From an uncultured archaeon (lineage in GTDB: Archaea; Asgardarchaeota; Thorarchaeia; Thorarchaeales; Thorarchaeaceae): DNA of 30,713 nucleotides. Under the pieces are notes generated by a model that worked only from the letters and a program-made list of their open reading frames with translations, was not told where the DNA came from and did no database searches. Made by a program: the position numbers and the translations under genes. Positions 19,001-28,114 of this stretch are shown here, one piece after another. Each line of letters starts with the position of its first letter. Positions within the stretch are counted from its first letter, which is position 1. Where the stretch lies: contig CAZSWP010000044.1 of NCBI GenBank assembly GCA_964610875.1, positions 1 through 30,713 of the forward strand. The letters are read 5' to 3'.

Positions 19001-21106
19001 ACTACTTATCACATTACAATCTTCGGAATAGAAGAAGAGTAAACCTTTGCGGCACCCATCAATCAGTAAAGAAGAGACAGAGCAGTTGCTTGAGAAAGCC
19101 ATTACGTAGCCCACAATTGATTTTGTTAAACTACCACCAGTAGTCGATACATTCTCAGAGTCTACGATAAATACCTGTCCAGCAGAGGTCAAATCATAGT
19201 TAACATCGGATTCATTCACTAGATAGTAAATCGACTTGCCTAATACTGTATTATCCAGTGTAATCTCGTGAAACCAATATTCACGTAACTCCCCTTCAAC
19301 ATAAAGGCCGCCAGAATCCAGTGTGTTGTTATCCAGATAGCAGGCAGTGGATTGGTCCAAGTAGATTGCGGCATCATCCATATTCGTTATCTGATTATCT
19401 TTGATTGTTACGTCACTGCTATCTTCAACATAGATTCCTTCATAGTTAGTTTCGGGGCTATAGTTGTCATCTATCGTGTTCCGAATAAGTGTGACATTCG
19501 TGCTTGATTCCACGTAGATAGCATGACCACGATTGAACTGAAAAGATGAGTCTGAAACGGTGACATTGGTGACATCCACCATTCCGATTGACCCGGACCT
19601 ATAGAGTTCAAGATTATCGAATTCAAAGAAATTGCAGGAGCTTAGTGCAATACCTCCAGCATCTGAAATACCAGATAGTTTCACAAGTCCGTAATAACAT
19701 TCCCTGAAATAGAATTCTCGGCCCGAATTGCCTTCAGCAATAGTCCACCAAATTTGAGTGTGATTTGAGTAGTTGATCTCGTATCCTTCATATCCAAAGG
19801 TCTGTGCGTTGTCATATGCTCTACATTCCCAAATGAAAGTATCATTATCAAAACTGAATGCGAAGCCAGAGTGTTCATTGAATTCAGAAAAGCAAAACCT
19901 TACCTGGGATTCATAGCATTCATGTATGTAGAAGCCATCGCCCTCATTCGCGGATGAGTTGCAGTAGTCCAATTCTGTGCGATTGCTTTGCCAGACGCTA
20001 TATCCATCGTCCCAATTATCATAAGCAATGCAATTATTGAACTTCGTATCGAGTGTACCACGGTCATAGTATCCGTAGTTGTTGTAGAACGCAATATTAT
20101 CACGCACAATGGTATTGTTGGAATAGAGAATACCAATTCCTGCGATATCATTATTGTTAGAAACAGTATTATTCTGAACAGTACAATCTAGTGAGTCCTC
20201 TATTAGGATTCCATAATCGTTGTTTGTTTTACCTAACGAGCTATATACAGTATTGTTCCTAAGAATCACCTCTGCGGATTCCGAAACTGTGATTCCGTTT
20301 ATCAATTGGTTTGCAACACTATTATGACTGATATTACATTGACTACAGCTTAGAATCTGAATACAGTCTTTACCATCATTCCCATCAAATGTATTATACT
20401 CAGCAACCACGTCTATGGATGTGTATAGATACAACATACTCCTGAACAGAATATTATCTATGGCATTTGTTTCATTTGAATTGATGATCTGGATACGTGA
20501 CCATGTTACATTGTTACCTATGATATGCGAATAATTACACCCCGTTAATTTGATATCAGGAATACCAGTCCAATAAGAACCCTGGACTGTGTTTCCGGTA
20601 AGGTTAGCATATGGACAGTTAGTCAGATAGATAGAAGAGGCTCTAATATCGTAAGAATAGGCATCAATAATTGTAAGATTTGAAGAACCAGTCGCTTCAA
20701 CTATTTTTGAAACGTTATAGAAGATGCATCCTTCGATGGTGACATGAGATGCATTATCGAGAACTATCGCATCAGCTCCAAAAGGTTCACCTGTTACAGT
20801 TCTAAAGAAACAGTCCCTTATTACACAATATGCATCAGTATCTGTTATGTTGATGAGTGCGTCAGCACCAGTTATGTTCCGACCCTCGAAGGTATACGGC
20901 TGTTCAGCAGTGCCTAATCCACTGAAGTTCGTGACAAAGTCATCATTACCAACAACTGTGAATGTTGGATGCTCCACATAGGAAATGAGTTTCTCATCTA
21001 CAGGTGCAGTATCCAATTCTACCTGAGAGAAATCAGATAGAACGGGTATCACCAAAAGAAATAGAATAGAGAGTATAATTAAGGGTCTTTTCATAGCAAA
21101 TCCCAA
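16061..21106 (-). CDS. 1681-aa cell-surface protein: parallel beta-helix (NosD-like) repeats, ~5 Ig-like 90-aa repeats, Thr-rich linker, C-terminal TM anchor
   Basis: Signal peptide; many GI.L..S.N..I..N repeats; PEIDQPEDFWYWY..W repeats with 270-bp period; poly-Thr; TM helix plus RKR. Confidence 0.9.
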   Translation of the reverse strand: MGFAMKRPLIILSILFLLVIPVLSDFSQVELDTAPVDEKLISYVEHPTFTVVGNDDFVTNFSGLGTAEQPYTFEGRNITGADALINITDTDAYCVIRDCFFRTVTGEPFGADAIVLDNASHVTIEGCIFYNVSKIVEATGSSNLTIIDAYSYDIRASSIYLTNCPYANLTGNTVQGSYWTGIPDIKLTGCNYSHIIGNNVTWSRIQIINSNETNAIDNILFRSMLYLYTSIDVVAEYNTFDGNDGKDCIQILSCSQCNISHNSVANQLINGITVSESAEVILRNNTVYSSLGKTNNDYGILIEDSLDCTVQNNTVSNNNDIAGIGILYSNNTIVRDNIAFYNNYGYYDRGTLDTKFNNCIAYDNWDDGYSVWQSNRTELDYCNSSANEGDGFYIHECYESQVRFCFSEFNEHSGFAFSFDNDTFIWECRAYDNAQTFGYEGYEINYSNHTQIWWTIAEGNSGREFYFRECYYGLVKLSGISDAGGIALSSCNFFEFDNLELYRSGSIGMVDVTNVTVSDSSFQFNRGHAIYVESSTNVTLIRNTIDDNYSPETNYEGIYVEDSSDVTIKDNQITNMDDAAIYLDQSTACYLDNNTLDSGGLYVEGELREYWFHEITLDNTVLGKSIYYLVNESDVNYDLTSAGQVFIVDSENVSTTGGSLTKSIVGYVMAFSSNCSVSSLLIDGCRKGLLFFYSEDCNVISSQFYYESYNGVAVSGDHSTSMNITDCYAEGYGTGFHLQYSDNSIINKNEALNITHDGISIQDSYDCIVTNNTMSKMSDNAIYASWSDNIRLEDNILVDDIEDAIQLYRCQNFSIIDNEIVASDVGISLSSISSGILEANMVQGNSACIRLFSSRDLEIYSNTFSSTGIIIINNDNIAYYNHTMTGNTVGGLPIGYFKNQHELQIDASDYGQIFLLYCENSTIKGHEMAQVSIPLYLASCYNVTVANYSLSDVYDGLRSYNSTHCSIENFTVTESARAGLYLTQSHNASLSNVNSSFSEYYGLYLYQSEDSVILNSEVWNCSKYSIYAENSHDLQIEGLNVINSTKTGLYLYGSDGVAINDTLVIDCDHGLNLYRANNCNVTNSGFFNNSLGVLVQSSTNNLFYLNEFGGNSDNNAQDDSAGNFWDDDVMYGNTWSDYYGGGIYEVPGTGGSIDGFPNSLPGYTIVISNPANQTFNEGSVGNSITWTSPSSYIRSYQVYMNESFQFGGLWTGGPVVVNLNGLSPGYYCYTIYLTSYFASSNHDAVVIEVIEITTPTIDHPADFWYWYGDKGNTIMWDAASSDPDFMEVYLNDTYYGPYGWDGSSVEGIMDGYDVGVYNVTIIVYSRCGNNASDTVFMTVRARSIPEIDQPEDFWYWYSTDGHSVVWNASCTYPDSFEFYINGTIEASGPWDGTDIEIDVDGLSVGLHYLTLFVYSQSNNQTYDTVLLTVKTGTIPEIDQPEDFWYWYGSNGNLVSWDVSSQYPNSFEFYVNGTLENSGEWDGTDIEIDVDDFAVGVYNLTLVVFSDSNNCSSDTVFLTVMALSTPEINHPDDVSFTEGSEGESITWIVSDSYPDSYEILLNGSVSASGEWDGSNIVVSLDGLDVGIYNFTLIVYSECGLFSSDSVIVTVTSSDTTTTSTTTTTDTTTDTTTETTDDTTETTTTSDIPTDDGLGTIIIVAGAGGGIIVLVMAVMLLRKRQSG

Positions 21107-21673
21107 TCCGGCGTCTATCTACAAAAAGAGAGATTTTATTGCTTTCTACTGTAGTGGCGCTGATCAAACGTTAGGAAGGGAAAAACATCATCATTATTTA
21201 AATTATTTTATTAAAAATCCGAATTATGATAGTCTTATTTGAATTATTATCAGTTGATAGCATAGAATTCTGGAATGCCTTTTTGGTTCCAAAAACTCTC
21301 AGAGCTTACGTATCAGTGCAACCCAGCTATTTTATTGTTGTGTCTAGAAGAAATTTTGGGAGTTTTCAAAGAACGCTTAGATTCGTTTGTCACTAAATAC
21401 TTTGGAACAGACGAGAAGACATCATCGAGAGTAGCCGATTTTGATTCACTCTTGCAATAACTCCAAATTGTTCTCAAGAGAATCAGAATACAATGGTAGC
21501 ATACCTAGAATCCTCTCAACTAAATTAAATAATGAAAGAACGCTCAACAGTGGAAGGGGTAAGGTCCTTCACGCAACCTGTACGATTGCACTATCCTATC
21601 AAAGCCGGTACCCCTTTCACAGTCCCAAAGGACTGCGAAACAAGCTGCTTCTACCTCTAGAGATAGAAATCTT

Positions 21674-21756
21674 AGGAGGTGATTGATGGAAGATGAGAAT
21701 GACTCTCGACCTCTTCCATCCACATCTTCCGCTACGGATACCTCATCAGTCAACTT
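21674..21756 (-). pseudogene. Decayed 16S rRNA 3'-terminal fragment
   Basis: AAGTTG..TGATGAGGTATCCGTAGC-GGAA-GATGTGGATGGA[insert]TCACCTCCT. Confidence 0.82.
21683..21714 (-). other. Putative 32-nt bulge-helix-bulge intron in the 16S fragment
   Basis: GTG-GATG-GA^A-GAGG..CTTC-CATC-AA^T-CAC: outer stem GTG/CAC, 4-bp helix, two 3-nt bulges. Confidence 0.75.
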
Positions 21757-21834
21757 GATACTCAGTCCATGACTTTATATTGCCTGAATTAGTACTATAT
21801 GTCAGAGTCTAAACTGAAAATCAGGTGATGGTCA

Positions 21835-22089
21835 ATGGGTCTGAAAGCAGAAGGACAAATTGGAAAGAAGCATACAATATATCTCCCAAAGGCGGTTGTT
21901 GATGAAGCAAATCTTGAGGTAGGCATGAAAATCATAATCACAGTTGAGGGAAACAAAATCATCATCGAACCAGTACCCGACCCTATTTCCCTCGCTATTC
22001 ACGGAAAGAAGTTCGCATCAATGACATTAGAACAGATTGAGGCAATTAGTCTTGAAGAACAATCAAAGCATGCAGAAGATTCTTCTTGA
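21835..22089 (+). CDS. AbrB/MazE/SpoVT-family antitoxin
   Basis: GQIGKKHTIYLPKAV..L.VG..I...VEG.KIIIEP. Confidence 0.88.
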   Translation: MGLKAEGQIGKKHTIYLPKAVVDEANLEVGMKIIITVEGNKIIIEPVPDPISLAIHGKKFASMTLEQIEAISLEEQSKHAEDSS

Positions 22090-22504
22090 TACCTCTTTCT
22101 TGCTTCCGACACTTGGAGTTGAAGTAGAGGCAGAGGTGATAAGAACTCTTTCAAAGATCAATCTTGAGAAAATCCATCTATTCTATTCCAATTGGAGCCT
22201 GCTTGAAAGTAGCTGGATTGCAATACAACAAATCAAACAAGGAACATATCAAGCACCTCTGTTCAGGAAAGGACTCCTAAGTATAACAAAAACAGAGGTC
22301 TATCAACATATTCAGGCAAGTCCAGATGACTATCTGAATGCCCTTGATTTCTACCAAAAAGGGCATCCGGATATGATTGACAATATGTTGTATGTGACAG
22401 CCCTAAGAAAGCAATATCGATTTCTCACAATAGATAGTGAATTTATGGAATTTATTTCCGAGAACGATATCGAGGACATTGTAGTCACTCCAAAAGATTT
22501 CTGA
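22070..22504 (+). CDS. vapC: PIN-domain toxin
   Basis: ILLDTSFLLP..SLLE..DMIDNMLY..FLTID; overlaps antitoxin. Confidence 0.88.
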   Translation: MQKILLDTSFLLPTLGVEVEAEVIRTLSKINLEKIHLFYSNWSLLESSWIAIQQIKQGTYQAPLFRKGLLSITKTEVYQHIQASPDDYLNALDFYQKGHPDMIDNMLYVTALRKQYRFLTIDSEFMEFISENDIEDIVVTPKDF

Positions 22505-22531
22505 TTGACCTTCTTTTCAGCCTCCTAGTAA

Positions 22532-22714
22532 ACTTCATCAAACGTCAAATATCTCAACGAGTTTCACCAGAGGACATCATTCATTGTGCCAATCTTATAA
22601 GAAGCTCAGTATCCTCGGTGAGGACCTTATCGATTGCGATTTCAAAATCCACTCCCCGATATCTCAAACCAGATAAACGGAGAATCGTATCTTCAAGATT
22701 TCCAGCAGGAAACC
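22532..22714 (-). pseudogene. Relic of the antitoxin-doc operon (homologous to ~268-450)
   Basis: Reverse complement aligns at roughly 85-90% by eye; covers the antitoxin 3' part, spacer and first ~9 doc codons. Confidence 0.9.
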
Positions 22715-22749
22715 TATGGAGATTCAAAGAACCAATTGAGATTCACGAA

Positions 22750-23205
22750 TTAACCAATTTGAAAAGATCCAAAGAAGCACTCAAGAAATTCAATTCTATC
22801 CAAGAGCTGTTTTTTCCTAATAGCATCAACTATTTCCTTTTCCCTACGAGCAAAGATGGCTTTTCCTTTGAATATTCGCGCAGCAACAATCGAAAAACAA
22901 TCAGACAAAGCAATAGGGACATCGCATTTGATTTTAGAAGCTTCCATCCATAGTGCTTTAGAAGGAACTATTGCAACTGCGGAAGAATGAATCAGGTTCT
23001 GTGTCTTTTCCCAAGCTTGCTTCCAAGTTGAATTTCGACAGAGAATGTAGTTTAATTCACACAGGGCAATTTCAGTACATGCATAATGACCATGCCTTTT
23101 GATAATACCTCTAGATAGTTCTGCAGCTGAGGCTTCATTAAGTGCCAATCCGATTAGTACCCCTGCGTCTAACACAAAGAGAGGATTATTCTTTTCTTTC
23201 ATCAA
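22750..23205 (-). CDS. vapC: PIN-domain toxin
   Basis: FVLDAGVLI..ALCELNYILCR..IALSDCF. Confidence 0.85.
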   Translation of the reverse strand: MMKEKNNPLFVLDAGVLIGLALNEASAAELSRGIIKRHGHYACTEIALCELNYILCRNSTWKQAWEKTQNLIHSSAVAIVPSKALWMEASKIKCDVPIALSDCFSIVAARIFKGKAIFARREKEIVDAIRKKQLLDRIEFLECFFGSFQIG

Positions 23206-23434
23206 GAGCTCGCTCCTGAATCAGGTCATGATATGCTGATTCAAAATCCACTCCAGGAATAGGAGTTGTGAACTTGTCCCAGGCTTCTTGATCAATTTGC
23301 TCCTGCATGTAGTTCTTAATCAGAAACTGGATCACAGAGTCAAAGTCAACTCTACGTTGCGTCCTTTTCTGAAGCTCACCTGCAATCTGAAGTAACTTCT
23401 TTCGAGTGTCCTCTTTAATCGAGATGGTGGTCAT
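23186..23434 (-). CDS. VapB-type antitoxin
   Basis: MTTISIKEDTRKKL..DFDSVIQFL; overlaps PIN gene. Confidence 0.8.
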   Translation of the reverse strand: MTTISIKEDTRKKLLQIAGELQKRTQRRVDFDSVIQFLIKNYMQEQIDQEAWDKFTTPIPGVDFESAYHDLIQERALDERKE

Positions 23435-23470
23435 GGTTTTTCATCATTCATATACACACTTTCTATAATA

Positions 23471-23495
23471 AACACAACAATTGTGTTAAACACAA
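23471..23495. promoter_or_regulatory. Triple alternating heptamer, probable operator of the TA operon
   Basis: AACACAA-caa-TTGTGTT-a-AACACAA upstream of 23434. Confidence 0.5.
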
Positions 23496-23527
23496 CTAAT
23501 ATGGTTTTAGCTGTTCATTTCTTGAAG

Positions 23528-23615
23528 AAAAATCCTATACTCGGATTCCACTCATCTGACTAAGAATATGAAAAGGCGCTCAACAGTGGAGGGAGGGTAA
23601 GGTCCTTCACGCAAC
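23528..23615 (-). repeat. rRNA-tail repeat copy R7 (5'-truncated)
   Basis: Reverse complement GTTGCGTGAAGGACCTTACCCTCCCTCCACTGTTGAGCGCCTTTTCATATTCTTAGTCAGATGAGTGGAA. Confidence 0.92.
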
Positions 23616-23803
23616 TTCAAGCAGTCATATGAACTAAACCTAAGAACAATTACTTCTCAAGTGATTCAAATTAATAGAATGTCTGGTACTCAACTAGAGG
23701 AGAGGGATTAATCAATCAGAAACAACTTGCTTAAATAGAAAGGGGATGATATAGGAATAATCTGAACTAATGTTCGGATAAATCGTGATTAGGAGAGCAA
23801 GAA

Positions 23804-24631
23804 ATGACCAAAAAAAGTAGAACACTTACTATCATAGTATGTCTATTGTTTTTTCAATCGGTTTGTTTTAGTTTCATGACTGATACTCATGAGTATCCTG
23901 CAATATGGGTTGTTGAAATTGGGGAAATAGACTCGAATACGGAACTGGCAATAGATACTACACTAAATCAGATTCAGAAATATGAGTTACTAGTGAAAGT
24001 TATCGATTTTTCAAAGATAAACAGAGTATCTAAGGGAAACATTGTTGTACTAGTTGGTCATGGTGCACCTGAAGGTGTTCAAATTCATGACGAAACAGTA
24101 AATTGGGATGTATTATATCAAGGATTATTGGAAATTGAACCTTCTAGAGCAATAGTTTTAGCTTGTTATGCACCCTCAGTCCCTGAGAAATCAATATTCG
24201 GTTTTAATGGTGTTGTTGATGCTGTAGCAGGAGGGCTGTTAGCAACATGGCTCATGTCAGAAGCTTTTGATGAACCTGTTATCAAGGACATTCCTTTTGG
24301 AGAGATAATCGAAGCTCAAAGGAACATGCTTCATCCGCTAGCGAGAATACTGTATTTTGTGCACAGCTATTATGGCAGCACAGCGGATTTCGCGGATTTG
24401 ATACAATCTCTATTTGTAGAGGGTGATATGGGCTCTGAATATTCAACCTATCAAACTTTTTCATATTACTCGGCTTACGGTGTATCTGATGATGATCCTG
24501 ATGCAATAAACATACTTCATTATACAACCAGCATTGAAGATTATGGAGATGATTTGTATGACGAATTGAGTCAATATCCTTCAGGAACCCAGATTAATTT
24601 TGTAGCTCATAGTATGGGAGGAATTATTACC
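23804..24631 (+). pseudogene. N-terminal half of split secreted alpha/beta-hydrolase
   Basis: Signal peptide; LYFVHSY; ends at nucleophile elbow FVAHSMGGIIT where the mobile element begins. Confidence 0.88.
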
Positions 24632-24819
24632 GTTCATTGTAAGTTGGACAGATCTGGACACCAAAGCTTTGTCCTCCCAGAGGACGGTACTGGGACTGGC
24701 TTTGCGAGGGTAAGATCGTGTGTCAAGACACCCTCACTAAAATATCCTTACCGGTCCTATATAAGCACCTACACAACAATGTCAAGGTTTGTCCTGATTA
24801 TTAGTATCTGTTCGCGACC
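24630..24819 (-). mobile_element. 190-bp IS607-like element, copy B (inverted relative to A)
   Basis: CC-GTTCATTGTAAG..CTGTTCGCGA-CC. Confidence 0.85.
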
Positions 24820-24851
24820 CTTTTATATACATAAACCTCCCATAATTGCAA

Positions 24852-25667
24852 ATGATACTATCTCGATTTACAACGATTCTTCTGTTGTGCTGTCTGATTA
24901 CACTAACGATAGCAACTCCAAGTATTACTCCAGTTAATGCGTTGGAGATGGAGTATTTTCCTCTCGCGCCGGGTAATACTGTAATCTACAATTCAACAAA
25001 CGACGATGGTACATGGACAACAAAACGATATGTAGCTGATGAAACAGAGTTTCTTGGTGGGCCATATGGTACATTAACAGTTCTGTGGACTGAAGCACAT
25101 ATGCAACTTGATGAAACGGACTACACATTTGTAAATCAAATGTGGCTAAGCAAGACAGCGGACACATTACTGTGGTGGGGATTTGAAGACACCTCTGACA
25201 AGGTAATTGCTACAACTGGTCTGAACTACGTCACTGAACCAGTTGAAGTTGGAGCAGTTCATAGTGGAACTACAACTGTTACACTAACCATCAAAGAAAC
25301 AGATACAGTGATGACTGGAGTGTCATTTAGTGCAAATTACACAATAGAAGCAATAGAAGATGTGACTGTTCCCGCAGGCACGTTTGAGGATTGTATTAAA
25401 ATCCATGAAGAGGAGATTACACCTGATGGTGAAGTCAGCTTTTGGGTTTGGTATGCGCCTAATGCAGGAGCTGTACAGTATTACTATCCTCAACAGGAAA
25501 ATCGTTGGGATAAAGCCACGGAATATACAGTAGACCTCGATAATGATCCATGGGATGATTGGTTCCTTCCGCAGGTTCCAACAATGCTTCTGTATACTAC
25601 AATTTCGGTAATTGTAGTCGTAGGATTGATTATTGGATTTAAACTGATGAGGAAGAGGACAGCATAA
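24852..25667 (+). CDS. Secreted, C-terminally anchored beta-rich protein
   Basis: Signal peptide, YFPL..G, EDVTVPAGTFEDCIKI, WYAP..G.V, C-terminal TM helix. Confidence 0.8.
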   Translation: MILSRFTTILLLCCLITLTIATPSITPVNALEMEYFPLAPGNTVIYNSTNDDGTWTTKRYVADETEFLGGPYGTLTVLWTEAHMQLDETDYTFVNQMWLSKTADTLLWWGFEDTSDKVIATTGLNYVTEPVEVGAVHSGTTTVTLTIKETDTVMTGVSFSANYTIEAIEDVTVPAGTFEDCIKIHEEEITPDGEVSFWVWYAPNAGAVQYYYPQQENRWDKATEYTVDLDNDPWDDWFLPQVPTMLLYTTISVIVVVGLIIGFKLMRKRTA

Positions 25668-25706
25668 TTATATGCTTCTTCTCTTCATACTTTTTTCTTT
25701 CAAAAA

Positions 25707-26651
25707 TTACGGCATCAAAGAGATATTCAGACCCTTGACCATGTCTTTGTAGCGATTTCGTACGGTCACTTCTGTAACGTTTGCAGCATCTGCAATTTCT
25801 CGTTGGGTTCTTCTATCATCTTCAATAATACCAGCTATATAGATTGCCGCAGCTGCTATACCACTGGGATCTTTTCCTGCAGTCAAACCTTTACCTCTAG
25901 CTTCAGTAATAATCTCTGCAGCTCGGGTCACAGTTCTTCCAGACAACTTAAGATCGGATGAAATCCTGGGAAGGAATCCTTTCGCTGAAGGCAGTGGAAC
26001 ATGAATATTGAGATGCTGTTGAATCATTCTAACACATTTACCAATCTGCCGTCTGTCTATCTTGGCTTCCTTTGCCACCTCATCAAGCTGTCGAGGTCGT
26101 TTATGTATTCGACAGGACAGATAGAGTGATGCTGACACCATTCCATCAATACTTCTACCACGTACAAGACGCTTATCCAAAACTTTTCTGTACACCAAAG
26201 CACCTGTTTCCACGGTTTCTCGTGATATGCCTAATTGTGAAGCTAGTCGTTCAATCTCGTTCATAGCAATCTGAAGATTTCTCTGCTTGGAACCATGAGC
26301 CCAACTTCTTCTCTGCCATTTTCTCATTCGATAGAGCTGCGCTCTTCGCGATCCACCAATTGACCTTCCGGATGCATCTCTATTTGCTCTGCTTATTCGT
26401 GTGGCTAGACCCTTGTCAGCAATAGTGTATCTTGTAGGAGCTCCTGTTCGCTCTCGGTTGTTCCGTTCTTCAGCAGTAAAAGCCCTCCATTCAGGCCCGC
26501 TGTCAATGATTCCACTTGACATCACAAAGCCACATGAAGTGCATACGCGTTCTCCACGTGACCTATCCCAATGTAGTTCTTTGGAACCGCACACTGTGCA
26601 ACTAAGTGTTTCTTCTTTCTCGCGACCGGCTTTTCTGGTAGTCTCTGTCAT
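25707..26651 (-). CDS. tfb: Transcription initiation factor IIB, second paralogue
   Basis: CTVC..GERVCTSCG, GPEWRAF, GKDP, VTEVTVRNRYK. Confidence 0.95.
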   Translation of the reverse strand: MTETTRKAGREKEETLSCTVCGSKELHWDRSRGERVCTSCGFVMSSGIIDSGPEWRAFTAEERNNRERTGAPTRYTIADKGLATRISRANRDASGRSIGGSRRAQLYRMRKWQRRSWAHGSKQRNLQIAMNEIERLASQLGISRETVETGALVYRKVLDKRLVRGRSIDGMVSASLYLSCRIHKRPRQLDEVAKEAKIDRRQIGKCVRMIQQHLNIHVPLPSAKGFLPRISSDLKLSGRTVTRAAEIITEARGKGLTAGKDPSGIAAAAIYIAGIIEDDRRTQREIADAANVTEVTVRNRYKDMVKGLNISLMP

Positions 26652-26956
26652 GTTTAGTACCTTACAATCTTGGCTTATCTAGTTAAGACGGCATGAATTT
26701 CAATATCCTAGCAAGCAACAGATATTGATTCGGCTGGCAACTAGAGTATTTTTTATCTACTTATAAAAGGTCGGTTAATACTGTACCAAGAGAGAATGAC
26801 TCTATTATTGGCAATTCGGCTACCCTGAGATTTATTAATCCTCTTTCGAATGTATACTATGAAAGTAGACATTTCCCAATATGCACGAGATTAGTATTGG
26901 AGATTTTCAAAGTAGAAATCTGCATTTAGGGATGTCTGTTACTATGCGTGATACGT

Positions 26957-27364
26957 ATGATTTCAGAAACAGAAGATAGTATAGTTAGTATATCAGAACT
27001 AGCTCCGAAGATGAGAAGTATTGATGTTGAATTCAAAGTACTAGAGAAAGAGAATCCTCGAGAAGTTCACTCCAAGAGGGACAATAATACACACTATGTC
27101 ACTGATGCAACAGTAGGTGACGAAACAGGAGTTGTAAAAATGACGCTTTGGGATGGGGCCATAGAGCGAGTGAAAGAAGGTCAAACATATATCTTGAAAG
27201 ATGGATATACCGATCTTTTCAGAGGGAGTTTGCGATTGAAGATTGGTCGTCGAAGTAAACTGCAAGAATCTGATAAGGAAATTGAGGATGTAAACAGATT
27301 TGTAAACAAATCTGAAAGAAATTCCAGATACGGTAGAAAACGACATTATTATCTCGGGTATTAA
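26957..27364 (+). CDS. Single OB-fold ssDNA-binding protein (RPA/SSB-like)
   Basis: ISEL.P, VGDETGVVKMTLWD, F.G.L.L.IG. Confidence 0.85.
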   Translation: MISETEDSIVSISELAPKMRSIDVEFKVLEKENPREVHSKRDNNTHYVTDATVGDETGVVKMTLWDGAIERVKEGQTYILKDGYTDLFRGSLRLKIGRRSKLQESDKEIEDVNRFVNKSERNSRYGRKRHYYLGY

Positions 27365-27461
27365 AGCGGTTTCACCTACTCCCCAATTTTTTTTATAATT
27401 CTTCCCTAATACATAGTCATTTATTGTTGCTTTTTTGATGTAGACTAACTCTTTAGTTAGG

Positions 27462-28082
27462 ATGACTATTTTGTTCGGAGATGAAAAGACATCTGAAAAG
27501 ATTGCTTATGTAATCGATAAAGATGTTCGAATCAAGATTATTGAACTCTTAGAAAACATTGTAAGTGAAAATCCAGATATATCTTCAGATGTCCTGGCCA
27601 AAAAAGTCACAGCTGAGTTAGACATCGATAATGAGGATTTAGCAAATTTCACGCTAATAGAAGCAATAAATGTCTTAAATCGGTGTCACTATTCATACAC
27701 TCCTATTGAGGACCGCATTCTTTTGATTCCACACTGCCTTCGTAATCCGGAGAAATGCGAGGCACCTATTGATGATGAAGGTTATCATTGTCTAAAGTGC
27801 GGAGCGTGTTCTATTAGTGATATTACAAAGGCCGCGGAGGCACATGGATTGAAATGGTATATGGTAGGGGGAGGTTCTCATGCTGTTCGCATTGTAAAGG
27901 ATGTCAGACCACGAGCGATATTTGGTATTGCTTGTTTTAATGAGGCTATGATGGCGATTGAAAAATTCACTGAATATAACATTCCAACTCAAGCAGTTTT
28001 ACTCAGCAAGGATGGTTGCGTAAATACCGAGGTCAATTTTGAAGAGGTTGTAGCAAAAATAGATATGGAACCTTGTGAGTAG
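27462..28082 (+). CDS. DUF116-family protein
   Basis: RILLIPHCLR..C, C.KCGACSI, VGGGS, GIAC, GCVNTEV. Confidence 0.85.
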   Translation: MTILFGDEKTSEKIAYVIDKDVRIKIIELLENIVSENPDISSDVLAKKVTAELDIDNEDLANFTLIEAINVLNRCHYSYTPIEDRILLIPHCLRNPEKCEAPIDDEGYHCLKCGACSISDITKAAEAHGLKWYMVGGGSHAVRIVKDVRPRAIFGIACFNEAMMAIEKFTEYNIPTQAVLLSKDGCVNTEVNFEEVVAKIDMEPCE

Positions 28083-28114
28083 GAAGAAAATAGTCGCCGA
28101 GGGAGCGTGTTCTA

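Larger units (their letters stand above)
21490..21756 (-). repeat. rRNA-tail repeat copy R6 (long form)
   Basis: Reverse complement aligns with R5 and, downstream, with R4 (CTAGGT.T.CT.CCA.TGT). Confidence 0.92.

Noticed and set aside
21275-21460. 61-aa ORF
   Set aside because: No motif or start signal that I can support; may be a relic.
21441-21753. ORFs 21441-21686 and 21544-21753 (also 3167-3397 and 3488-3700)
   Set aside because: Chance frames over the non-coding repeat, not conserved between copies.
21674-21772. Micro-ORF behind a perfect AGGAGGTGAT Shine-Dalgarno
   Set aside because: It is the reverse complement of the anti-SD, and the reading frame is not conserved in R5 (1-nt indel).
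22618-22953. 111-aa ORF resembling 245-511
   Set aside because: Both are antisense shadows of the duplicated antitoxin-doc DNA.
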